64,000 bases of DNA, taken from contig CAMKES010000002.1 of the NCBI GenBank assembly GCA_946411635.1, positions 46,566 to 110,565 of the forward strand, read 5' to 3'. The translations under genes were made by a program, and so were the position numbers. The notes beneath the pieces are model-generated. The model was not told the DNA's origin. It did not search any database and saw nothing but the letters and a program-made list of their open reading frames with translations. This document shows, piece by piece, positions 54,862 through 62,295 of the stretch; the first letter of the stretch is position 1, and every line of letters begins with the position of its first letter. Origin of the DNA: an uncultured Clostridia bacterium (GTDB taxonomy: Bacteria; Bacillota; Clostridia; Christensenellales; CAG-138).

Positions 54862-56412
54862 TTATTTCGCGTAGTCGACCGTGCGGGTCTCGCGGATGAC
54901 GTTGACCTTGATCTGGCCCGGATACTCGAGCTCGCTCTCAATGCGCTTTGCGATATCCTTCGCCATGATGACGGTCTCGGTGTCGCTGACGCGCTCGGGC
55001 TTGACGATGATGCGGACTTCGCGGCCCGCCTGGATCGCGTAGGAGTAATCGACGCCCTCGAACGAGTTTGCGATCTCCTCCAGCTTTTCAAGACGCTTGA
55101 TGTACGCTTCGAGCGTTTCGCGGCGCGCGCCGGGTCTTGCCGCCGAGATCGCGTCCGCCGCCTGCACGAGCACCGCTTCGATCGAGTTGGGATCGACGTC
55201 GCCGTGGTGCGCCATGATGCAGTGGATGACCGCGTTGTTCTCGCGGTACTTCTTCGCAAGGTCCGCGCCGATCTGCGCGTGGCTGCCCTCGACCTCGTGG
55301 TCGATGGACTTGCCGATGTCGTGCAGAAGGCCCGCGCGCTTTGCGAGCGCGACGTTCGCGCCGATCTCGCTTGCCATGATGCCCGCCAGATGCGCGACCT
55401 CGATCGAGTGACGCAGCACGTTCTGGCCGTAGCTCGTGCGGTACTTCATTCTGCCGAGGTAGCGGATCAGCTCGTGATGCAGGCCGTGGATGCCGACCTC
55501 GAGCACTGCGGCTTCGCCCGCCTCGCGGATCGTCTGATCGACTTCCTTGCGCGCCTTCTCGACCATTTCCTCAATGCGCGCGGGATGGATACGACCGTCC
55601 ATGATCAGCTTTTCAAGGCTGATGCGCGCGATCTCTCTGCGGACCGGATCGAAGGCGGACAGGATGACCGCTTCGGGCGTGTCGTCGATGATCAGATCGA
55701 CGCCGGTCGCCGTTTCGAGCGCGCGGATGTTGCGTCCCTCGCGGCCGATGATGCGGCCCTTCATTTCATCGTTGGGCAGCGGCACGACGGATACGGTCGC
55801 TTCCGCGACGTGGTCCGCGGCGCAGCGCTGGATCGCCAGCGATACGATGTTTCTTGCGCGTTTGTCGGCTTCTTCCTTGGTGCGCTGCTCGATCTCTCTG
55901 AGCATGACGGCCGCTTCGTGCTTTGCTTCCTGTTCGGCGCGGTCGAGCACCATGGTCTTCGCCTCGTCGAGCGTGATGCCGGAGATGCGCTCCAGCTCCT
56001 CTTCCTGCTTTTTATACAGGACGTTGATCTCTTCTTCGAGTTTGTCGAGCTTCTTGTTCCGCTCGGAAAGCGCCTGCTCACGGCTTTCGACGCCTTCGAG
56101 TTTCTTATCGAGGGATTCCTCGCGCTGGAACAGTCTGCGCTCCGTGCGCTGCAGCTCCGCTCTGCGTTCGCGATTTTCCTTCTCGGCGTCGGCCTTGATC
56201 TTGATGACCTCTTCCTTCGCCTCGAGAACCTTTTCCTTGCGGATCTCCTCGGCCTTCTTCTGCGCTTCGTCATAGAGGCGTTTTACCGCGTCCTCGGCCT
56301 TTTCGACCTTCGCCTCCGCGACGTTCTTGCGATAGAAGTAGCCGATCAGAAACCCGATCACCGCACCGACGAGCAACCCGCCGCCGAGCATGACGTATTT
56401 CAACCAGTCCAC
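54862..56412 (-). CDS. rny: ribonuclease Y
   Basis: 516 aa, GTG start. N-terminal TM helix, coiled coil, KH domain ([15 protein letters not shown]) and HD domain ([13 protein letters not shown]...LLHDIGK). Confidence 0.95.
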   Translation of the reverse strand: MDWLKYVMLGGGLLVGAVIGFLIGYFYRKNVAEAKVEKAEDAVKRLYDEAQKKAEEIRKEKVLEAKEEVIKIKADAEKENRERRAELQRTERRLFQREESLDKKLEGVESREQALSERNKKLDKLEEEINVLYKKQEEELERISGITLDEAKTMVLDRAEQEAKHEAAVMLREIEQRTKEEADKRARNIVSLAIQRCAADHVAEATVSVVPLPNDEMKGRIIGREGRNIRALETATGVDLIIDDTPEAVILSAFDPVRREIARISLEKLIMDGRIHPARIEEMVEKARKEVDQTIREAGEAAVLEVGIHGLHHELIRYLGRMKYRTSYGQNVLRHSIEVAHLAGIMASEIGANVALAKRAGLLHDIGKSIDHEVEGSHAQIGADLAKKYRENNAVIHCIMAHHGDVDPNSIEAVLVQAADAISAARPGARRETLEAYIKRLEKLEEIANSFEGVDYSYAIQAGREVRIIVKPERVSDTETVIMAKDIAKRIESELEYPGQIKVNVIRETRTVDYAK

Positions 56413-56590
56413 GTTATTCTACTCCGATCTATGATAAATATAACCGAGCAAACTGCCCGGCTATTTCACAGCATTGATTCAAGTTTTAACGAATCTATTC
56501 GAACGCAAATAACAGATTGCGACGTGTTTCGGAAAATCTATCTTCGATTCTATGATCAACGCACTCGGCAGTGCAGGATTACTCAATAAT

Positions 56591-56619
56591 ATTGTAAGCG
56601 CATTTTCATGCAAAGTCAA
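56591..56619 (-). promoter_or_regulatory. sigma-A type promoter of rny (about 170-nt leader)
   Basis: Minus strand TTGACT (56614-56619), 17 nt, TACAAT (56591-56596). Confidence 0.65.
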
Positions 56620-56677
56620 GGTTTCAACTGCATAAAAACCGCGTTTCTGTATAATATATCTTCTGTTTTGCAAGAGA

Positions 56678-56724
56678 AAGCCGGGAACCGCGGATCGGTA
56701 TTCCCTCTCCCGGTCCCCGGCTTT
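56678..56724 (-). terminator. hairpin terminator after the feo operon
   Basis: Minus strand AAAGCCGGGGACCG...CGGUUCCCGGCUUU followed by a CUCUU pyrimidine run. Long loop and weak U-tract. Confidence 0.5.
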
Positions 56725-56734
56725 CCGAACGGGG

Positions 56735-56908
56735 TCAGTTATTCTGATGACACTTGCCCGACATCGGGCAGTGCGCGCAATTGCAGCCGCAGGAGGAACG
56801 TCCCTTTCGCTTGCTGCGGATCATCGTGAACACGATGGCAAAAACCGCTGCGGCAAGCACGAGAAGAATTGCGATCGTCAGAAGATTCTCCTTCAGCCAT
56901 TCGAGCAT
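56735..56908 (-). CDS. FeoB-associated Cys-rich membrane protein
   Basis: 57 aa from ATG 56908 (GGAAAGGAG upstream). One TM helix, then SSCGCNCAHCPMSGKC. Immediately downstream of feoB. Confidence 0.8.
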   Translation of the reverse strand: MLEWLKENLLTIAILLVLAAAVFAIVFTMIRSKRKGRSSCGCNCAHCPMSGKCHQNN

Positions 56909-56967
56909 ATCGTACGCTCCTTTCCGAAAAATGCCGCCGCCCCGCAATCGGAGCGGCGGCGCTTTCT

Positions 56968-59475
56968 TTACTTGACGCGGACCTTCTGCGTCAGCGTCGT
57001 CGCTTCCTTATACTTCTTGAAGAACAGCATGTAGACGAACAGCCCGAGCACGAGGATCGCGGCGATCAGACCGATCACGTTGACGCCGCAGGTGAAGATC
57101 CGGCCGAACTGATAGATCATCAGCGCGATCGCATAGGCGAACAGGCACTGATAGCCGATCGCGAACCACGTCCACTTTGCGCTGTTCATCTCGCGGCGGA
57201 TCGCGCCGATCGCAGCGAAGCAGGGCGCGCACAGCAGGTTGAACACGAGGAACGAGAAGCCCGCGATCCCGGTGAACGCCTGACCGAGCGCCTGATAGAC
57301 CGTCAGCTCGGTGCCTCCGTACAGTACGCCCATCGTGCCGACGATGTTCTCCTTTGCGATCAGGCCCGTGACGGACGCAACGACCGCGCGCCATTCGCCC
57401 CAGCCGAGCGGTGCGAACAGCCACTGGATATAGCGGCCCGCGACGCCGAGCAGCGACATGCTGATCTCTTCCTCGCCGAGCATGCGGAACGTTCCGTCGA
57501 CCACACCGAAGCGGGACAGGAACCAGACGACGATCGTGGACAGCAGGATGATCGTGCCCGCCTTCTTAATGAAGGACCAGCCGCGCTCCCACATGGAGCG
57601 GAGCACGTTGCCGACGGTCGGCCAGTGGTATGCCGGAAGCTCCATGACGAACGGCGCGGGATCGCCCGCAAACATCCGCGTCTTTTTCAGCATGATGCCG
57701 GAGACGATGATCGCAGCCGCGCCGATAAAGTACGCGGAAACCGAAATCCACGGCGAACCGCCGAAGATCGCGCCCGCGATCATGGCAATGAACGGCAGCT
57801 TTGCGCCGCAGGGGATGAACGTCGTCGTCATGATCGTCATGCGGCGGTCGCGCTCGTTCTCAATGGTACGCGACGCCATGATGCCCGGAATGCCGCAGCC
57901 GGAGCCGATCAGCATCGGGATAAAGGATTTGCCGGAAAGGCCGAACCGGCGGAAGATACGGTCGAGCACGAACGCGATACGCGCCATGTAGCCGCACGCT
58001 TCGAGGAACGCCAGCATCAGGAACAGAACGAGCATCTGCGGCACGAAGCCGAGCACCGCGCCGACGCCGGCGACGATGCCGTCCATGATGAGGCCGTACA
58101 GCCATTCGGGAACCTTCGGATTGCCTTCGCCGTCCAGAAGGAGCTTATTAAGCAGCGCCGGGATGCCCGGGACCCATACGCCGTAATCGGCGGGATCGGG
58201 CTCCTCGAAGCCTTTTTCTTCAAAGTAACCGATCGCGTCCTTGAAGGACATCGCGTTGACGTCGTCGCCCGCGTCCTCCGGAACCGTGTCAAAATACACG
58301 GTGACGTCGGTCGTTGCGAGGGTCTCTTCGTCCTCCACATGCACGACCGCCGTTGCTTCGTCGGTCGTGAACGCTTTCAGGTCGGCGATCAGCGCGTCGC
58401 CGTCAAACGCTTCGTCCTCGACGTCATATTCGAAGCCGAACGCCGCAGCCGCATTGGAAGCCGCGGAATAATCCTCCGCAGCCGCGTCGGCTTCCTTGTC
58501 GCCGATGCCGACGAGGTGGTAGCCGTCGCCGAACAGACCGTCGTTCGCCCAGTCGGTCGCAGGCGCGCCGACGGCGACCATCGCGATCCAGTAGACCAGG
58601 AACATGACGGCCGCAAAGATCGGCAGACCGAGCCAGCGGTTCGTCACGACGCGGTCGATCTTGTCGGAGGTCGAAAGCTTGCCCGCGCCCTTCTTCTTAT
58701 AGCAGGTCTTGATGACGTTGCCGATCCAGACGTAGCGCTCGTTGGTGATGATGCTCTCTGCGTCGTCGTCCAGCTCCTTTTCGGCGGCCGCGATATCCTG
58801 TTCGATATGCGCTTTCGTCGCTTCCGGAACGTTGAGCTGCTCCATGACCTTTTCGTCACGTTCAAAGACCTTGATCGCGTACCAGCGCTGCTGCTCCTCG
58901 GGCATGTCGTGCACGACCGCTTCCTCAATGTGCGCGAGCGCGTGCTCGACCGGGCCGGAGAACGAGTGCTGCGGCACGGTCGCTTCGCCCTGCGCCGCCT
59001 TGATCGCTTCCTCCGCCGCTTCCCTGACGCCCGTGCCCTTCAGCGCGGAGATCTCGACGATCTTGCAGCCGATCTGCTCGGAAAGCCGCGCCGTATCGAT
59101 CTTGTCGCCGTTCTTTTTCACGACGTCCATCATGTTGATCGCGACGACCACCGGGATGCCGAGCTCAACGAGCTGCGTGGTCAGATACAGGTTGCGCTCC
59201 AGGTTCGAGCCGTCCACGATGTTCAGGATCGCGTCCGGGCGTTCGTTGATCAGATAGTTTCTGGCCACGACTTCCTCGAGCGTGTACGGGGACAGCGAAT
59301 AGATACCGGGAAGGTCCGTTATGATCACGTCGTTGTGACCCTTCAGCTTGCCTTCCTTCTTCTCGACCGTGACGCCCGGCCAGTTGCCCACGAACTGGTT
59401 CGCGCCGGTCAGCGCGTTGAACAGCGTCGTTTTGCCGCTGTTCGGGTTGCCCGCGAGGGCAATGCGAATACTCAT
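56968..59475 (-). CDS. feoB: ferrous iron transporter FeoB (long form with an acidic loop insertion)
   Basis: 835 aa from ATG 59475 (GAGGAGG upstream). G-domain GNPNSGKTTLFN, DLPG, NMMD. Gate-motif membrane domain. Acidic segment of about 145 aa after the first TM helix. Confidence 0.93.
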   Translation of the reverse strand: MSIRIALAGNPNSGKTTLFNALTGANQFVGNWPGVTVEKKEGKLKGHNDVIITDLPGIYSLSPYTLEEVVARNYLINERPDAILNIVDGSNLERNLYLTTQLVELGIPVVVAINMMDVVKKNGDKIDTARLSEQIGCKIVEISALKGTGVREAAEEAIKAAQGEATVPQHSFSGPVEHALAHIEEAVVHDMPEEQQRWYAIKVFERDEKVMEQLNVPEATKAHIEQDIAAAEKELDDDAESIITNERYVWIGNVIKTCYKKKGAGKLSTSDKIDRVVTNRWLGLPIFAAVMFLVYWIAMVAVGAPATDWANDGLFGDGYHLVGIGDKEADAAAEDYSAASNAAAAFGFEYDVEDEAFDGDALIADLKAFTTDEATAVVHVEDEETLATTDVTVYFDTVPEDAGDDVNAMSFKDAIGYFEEKGFEEPDPADYGVWVPGIPALLNKLLLDGEGNPKVPEWLYGLIMDGIVAGVGAVLGFVPQMLVLFLMLAFLEACGYMARIAFVLDRIFRRFGLSGKSFIPMLIGSGCGIPGIMASRTIENERDRRMTIMTTTFIPCGAKLPFIAMIAGAIFGGSPWISVSAYFIGAAAIIVSGIMLKKTRMFAGDPAPFVMELPAYHWPTVGNVLRSMWERGWSFIKKAGTIILLSTIVVWFLSRFGVVDGTFRMLGEEEISMSLLGVAGRYIQWLFAPLGWGEWRAVVASVTGLIAKENIVGTMGVLYGGTELTVYQALGQAFTGIAGFSFLVFNLLCAPCFAAIGAIRREMNSAKWTWFAIGYQCLFAYAIALMIYQFGRIFTCGVNVIGLIAAILVLGLFVYMLFFKKYKEATTLTQKVRVK

Positions 59476-59490
59476 GTATACCTCCTCTAT

Positions 59491-59508
59491 CGTTAGCACA
59501 TGCTAACC
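59491..59508. promoter_or_regulatory. palindromic operator copy a (cGTTAGC-ACAT-GCTAACC) between feoA and feoB
   Basis: One mismatch to GGTTAGC-N4-GCTAACC. Lies 4 nt upstream of the feoB SD on the mRNA. Confidence 0.55.
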
Positions 59509-59548
59509 TATGCTTTACAAAAATAAGGCGTTTGCCTTTTGTTCCGGA

Positions 59549-59773
59549 TTATTCTTCGATCAGGATCATTTCCGCGTCGGCTTTGCGAAGCGAAAGCTCG
59601 TATCCGCGCACCATGACCTCAACGGGATCGCCGAGCGGCGCGACCTTACGGACGTACACCTCGATGCCCTTGGTGATGCCCATGTCCATGATGCGGCGCT
59701 TTACCGCGCCTTCCCCCGTCAGTTTTTTGACCTTGACCGTTTCGCCGATCTGTGCGTCTCTTAACGTTTTCAT
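59549..59773 (-). CDS. feoA: FeoA family protein
   Basis: 74 aa, SH3-like FeoA pattern (KVKKLTGEGAVKRRIMDMGITKG...V). Confidence 0.9.
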   Translation of the reverse strand: MKTLRDAQIGETVKVKKLTGEGAVKRRIMDMGITKGIEVYVRKVAPLGDPVEVMVRGYELSLRKADAEMILIEE

Positions 59774-59788
59774 TGGTTTCCTCCTTTT

Positions 59789-60001
59789 TCAGATCATGAT
59801 TTTACTCGCCATCTTTTCGTCGATGGCAATGCGGCTTTCCTTCACGTTGACGATCACGTTGCCGCCCATGCGGGAAATGATCTGCACCGTTCCGCCGACT
59901 ACGAACCCGAGATTACTGAGATGATGACGAATCTCGTCCGTGCCCTTGATCCCGCGGATCACACAGACCTCGCCGTCGTCTGCAAATACCAGAGGCATCA
60001 T
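59789..60001 (-). CDS. feoA: FeoA family protein (second copy)
   Basis: 70 aa from ATG 60001 (AAGGAGG upstream). VIRGIKGTDEIRHHLSNLGFVVGGTVQII. Confidence 0.85.
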   Translation of the reverse strand: MMPLVFADDGEVCVIRGIKGTDEIRHHLSNLGFVVGGTVQIISRMGGNVIVNVKESRIAIDEKMASKIMI

Positions 60002-60025
60002 TTCGTTCCTCCTTCTTGCGCGATC

Positions 60026-60043
60026 GGTTAGCATAAACTAACC
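60026..60043. promoter_or_regulatory. palindromic operator copy b (GGTTAGC-ATAA-aCTAACC)
   Basis: One mismatch. Lies in the feo 5' UTR, 25 nt upstream of the feoA ATG. Confidence 0.55.
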
Positions 60044-60059
60044 ATATCGTCGAATAATT

Positions 60060-60077
60060 GGTTAGCGCCCGCTAACC
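60060..60077. promoter_or_regulatory. palindromic operator copy c (GGTTAGC-GCCC-GCTAACC)
   Basis: Perfect 7-4-7 palindrome starting 10 nt downstream of the feo -10 box. Confidence 0.65.
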
Positions 60078-60086
60078 TTCGTATGT

Positions 60087-60114
60087 ATTATACCGCCCAC
60101 AACGGAAATGTCAA
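60087..60114 (-). promoter_or_regulatory. sigma-A type promoter of the feoA-feoA-feoB operon
   Basis: Minus strand TTGACA (60109-60114), 16 nt, TATAAT (60087-60092). Confidence 0.7.
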
Positions 60115-60150
60115 GCAAAATCGTCGACTTTTTAAAAATATACGATCCGC

Positions 60151-60179
60151 TTGCATTTTCCGGACCGATTCGGTATAAT
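60151..60179 (+). promoter_or_regulatory. sigma-A type promoter of the DtxR-family regulator gene
   Basis: TTGCAT (60151-60156), 17 nt, TATAAT (60174-60179). Confidence 0.65.
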
Positions 60180-60213
60180 CGGAACAGAAACCGAACGAAA
60201 AGAGGAAATGCCC

Positions 60214-60588
60214 ATGACGCTGCTGGAATCCGGCGAAATGTATCTCGAAACGATCCTGGTGCTGTCCCAGCAAAAGAATGCCGTCCGTTCGATCGACGTG
60301 GCGGAGCATATGTCGTTTTCCAAGCCCTCCGTCTCCCGCGCGATGGGAATTCTGAAGCGCGGCGGCTATATTACGATCGACACAAACGGGCATATCACGC
60401 TGACCGACGCCGGAAAGCAGGCGGCGGAACGCATCTATGAACGGCACCGGATCCTGACCACGATCCTGATGCGGCTCGGCGTGGATGAAGCGACCGCCGC
60501 CGAGGACGCCTGCAAGATGGAGCATTACATCAGCGACATATCGTTTGCAGCGATCAAGGAACACCTCAATACCCATCCGTCCGAATGA
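60214..60588 (+). CDS. metal-dependent transcriptional regulator, DtxR/MntR family (two-domain, no SH3-like tail)
   Basis: 124 aa from ATG 60214 (AAGAGGA upstream). ESGEMYLETILVL..., SKPSVSRAMGILKRGGYI, ERHRILTTILMRLGVDEATAAEDACKMEH. Confidence 0.88.
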   Translation: MTLLESGEMYLETILVLSQQKNAVRSIDVAEHMSFSKPSVSRAMGILKRGGYITIDTNGHITLTDAGKQAAERIYERHRILTTILMRLGVDEATAAEDACKMEHYISDISFAAIKEHLNTHPSE

Positions 60589-60654
60589 GCAAAAGCCGGC
60601 GCACGATATCGCCGGCCGTTCCGCTTCTCTCTCCCGAAACGAATCAAAAAGCTC

Positions 60655-60682
60655 TTGACAACCTATTAAATCATGATATGAT
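60655..60682 (+). promoter_or_regulatory. sigma-A type promoter of the DUF3793-HMA operon
   Basis: TTGACA (60655-60660), 16 nt, TGaTATGAT (60677-60682). Confidence 0.65.
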
Positions 60683-60690
60683 GTACTAAA

Positions 60691-60708
60691 GGTTAGCGGT
60701 TGCTAACC
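60691..60708. promoter_or_regulatory. palindromic operator copy d (GGTTAGC-GGTT-GCTAACC)
   Basis: Perfect palindrome 9 nt downstream of the -10 box, overlapping the predicted TSS. Confidence 0.65.
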
Positions 60709-60755
60709 GTGTTTTCCGTATGCTTTCGTAAGGAAAGCATCTTATTTGGGTCATT

Positions 60756-60773
60756 GGTTAGCGCTTGCTAACC
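60756..60773. promoter_or_regulatory. palindromic operator copy e (GGTTAGC-GCTT-GCTAACC)
   Basis: Perfect palindrome abutting the SD (AAAGGAG, 60775-60781) of the DUF3793 gene. Confidence 0.65.
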
Positions 60774-60788
60774 GAAAGGAGCTGACAA

Positions 60789-61361
60789 ATGTCGGAAGAA
60801 TCGGTCATCCTGCACGGCGCGCCGACGCTGGCCGGGATCAAAACGGGCAGCCTGTTTCGCTGCGCCTATACGGACGCAGATGAGATGCGCGCATCTTTGC
60901 GGAGCTGGAACCGGCGCTTTTCATCGAAGGGCGTGCGTGTCGTTCCGCTTTCGTTTCGCGACAACAAGGCGCTGCTGTATCTGTACCGTCCCTCGCGTCT
61001 CAGGCGGGATCTTTCCGACGGCGAGGCATGCGCGATCCTTTCGGACTGCGGGTATTGCGGCTCCCCCGCCCGTTGTCTGTCCTGTCTTGCAAAACGCATC
61101 CAGAGCGGCGAGGACTTCCCGCACGAGATCGGGCTGTTTCTCGGCTATCCGCCGGAGGACGTGCGCGGATTCATCGAGCATCGGGAACGCGACCTGAAAT
61201 GCGTCGGCTGCTGGAAGGTTTACGGAGACGAAGCAGCGGCGCAGAAGACGTTTTGCCTGTATAGAAGGTGCAGCGAGCTTTACCGGCAGCGCTTTACAGA
61301 CGGTACGCCGATCGAGCGGCTGACCGTGGCGGAGCAAAACAGTATCCGGAAGGATACGTGA
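60789..61361 (+). CDS. DUF3793 family protein
   Basis: 190 aa. VILHGAPTLAGIKTGSLF..., FPHEIGLFLGYPPEDVRGFI..., CVGCWKVYGD match the DUF3793 pattern. Confidence 0.8.
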   Translation: MSEESVILHGAPTLAGIKTGSLFRCAYTDADEMRASLRSWNRRFSSKGVRVVPLSFRDNKALLYLYRPSRLRRDLSDGEACAILSDCGYCGSPARCLSCLAKRIQSGEDFPHEIGLFLGYPPEDVRGFIEHRERDLKCVGCWKVYGDEAAAQKTFCLYRRCSELYRQRFTDGTPIERLTVAEQNSIRKDT

Positions 61362-61377
61362 TCAACAGGAGGACGAT

Positions 61378-61629
61378 ATGTACAAGGTAACGGCGAAAAT
61401 GGAAGGCATGATGTGCGGGATGTGCGAGGCGCACGTGGCGGACGCGATCCGCAAGGCGTTTCCCGACGCGAAAAAGGTGAGCGCGTCGAGGAAGCACGGC
61501 GAAGCGACGTTTCTTTCGGAACGGGAGATCGACCGGGAAAAGTTCAAACAGGCGATCCAAGAGACCGGCTACACGTTCGTTTCGGTCTCGGTCGAGCCGT
61601 ATGAGAAGCACGGGGTGTTCGGGAGATAA
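61378..61629 (+). CDS. heavy-metal-associated (HMA) domain protein
   Basis: 83 aa. MxCxxC motif MEGMMCGMCEAHV in a ferredoxin-like fold pattern. GGAGGA RBS. Confidence 0.8.
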   Translation: MYKVTAKMEGMMCGMCEAHVADAIRKAFPDAKKVSASRKHGEATFLSEREIDREKFKQAIQETGYTFVSVSVEPYEKHGVFGR

Positions 61630-61632
61630 CCG

Positions 61633-61800
61633 ATGCAGTTTGCGGAATTGGGAAACAGGGACGGTCGAACGCTTTTGCTGCTGCCGGGAACGGCCTGTAC
61701 GTGGCAGCTGAATTTCAAAAATGTCCTGGCCGCGCTTTCGGAGCGGTATCACATCATCGCCGTCAACTACGACGGATTCGAGGGTGATCCGCGCGTGCTC
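61633..61800 (+). pseudogene. alpha/beta hydrolase, N-terminal fragment only
   Basis: MQFAELGNRDGRTLLLLPGTACTWQLNFKNVLAALSERYHIIAVNYDGFEGDP, then the homology ends. No nucleophile elbow is present, and the ORF terminates at 61851 in unrelated sequence. Confidence 0.6.
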
Positions 61801-62260
61801 TTCACGGTCGTGCCGCGCGTGATCGTTTCAAGCTTTCCGTACGTATCGTAGCCGTATTCCACCACGCCGAGCCCTGTGCTTGTGATCGAGGCGAGCCGGT
61901 GCATCTCTGTCGCGTTGCCGTAGGTAGAATATGAATCCGAAAGGATTGTTTTTCAAGGTGATTGTGCAGTTTTCCGTTAATATTTATCGCACTAACGGTG
62001 TATGGGTTGTCAAGAGAACCGTCCCCTTGACACTCGTGATGCTCTACCTTTGGAAAGCGTTCGATATCGTCTGCCTCGACTGGCTTTTGCTGACGAAATC
62101 GCATTTCTTCCAGCACTTCTACCCGGAAACGGAGGGCTGCGCGGGATACCGTTCGTTCGGCTTCAACCGCAAGGGTCAGCTCATCCGCATCGCTGTTTTT
62201 CCGTTCGCCGCGGCGGCGCTTTCCGGGATCTGTATGCTGTTTTGCTGAATCGGGCGACAT
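61797..62260 (-). pseudogene. degenerate, frameshifted YD/RHS-repeat fragment
   Basis: Manual minus-strand translation: the frame ending at 61767 reads SYSTYGNATEMHRLASITSTGLGVVEYGYDTYGKLETITRGTT (two YD-type repeats). An upstream frame reads NPYTVSAININGKLHNHLEK. A frameshift occurs near 61950. No RBS is present (an ATG abuts the polC terminator). G+C is lower than the flanks. Confidence 0.4.
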
Positions 62261-62293
62261 AAAAAAACAGGCGCTGAAAAGCGTCTGTTTTTT
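62261..62293 (-). terminator. rho-independent terminator after polC
   Basis: Minus strand AACAGACGC-UUUUCA-GCGCCUGUU followed by UUUUUUU. Confidence 0.8.
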
Positions 62294-62295
62294 GA

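Noticed and set aside
56413-56673. Low-GC leader of about 170 nt upstream of rny, and the 64-aa minus-strand ORF at 56479-56673. I considered a riboswitch or a small protein.
   Set aside because: I could not recognise a conserved riboswitch core. The ORF starts upstream of the predicted rny promoter, has no SD, and has an implausible composition. I kept it only as the 5' UTR of rny.
61931-62262. Plus-strand ORFs of 105 and 86 aa inside the polC-proximal scar region.
   Set aside because: Their hydrophobic or odd composition, lack of an RBS, and the opposite-strand reading with YD-repeat signatures explain the open frames better.
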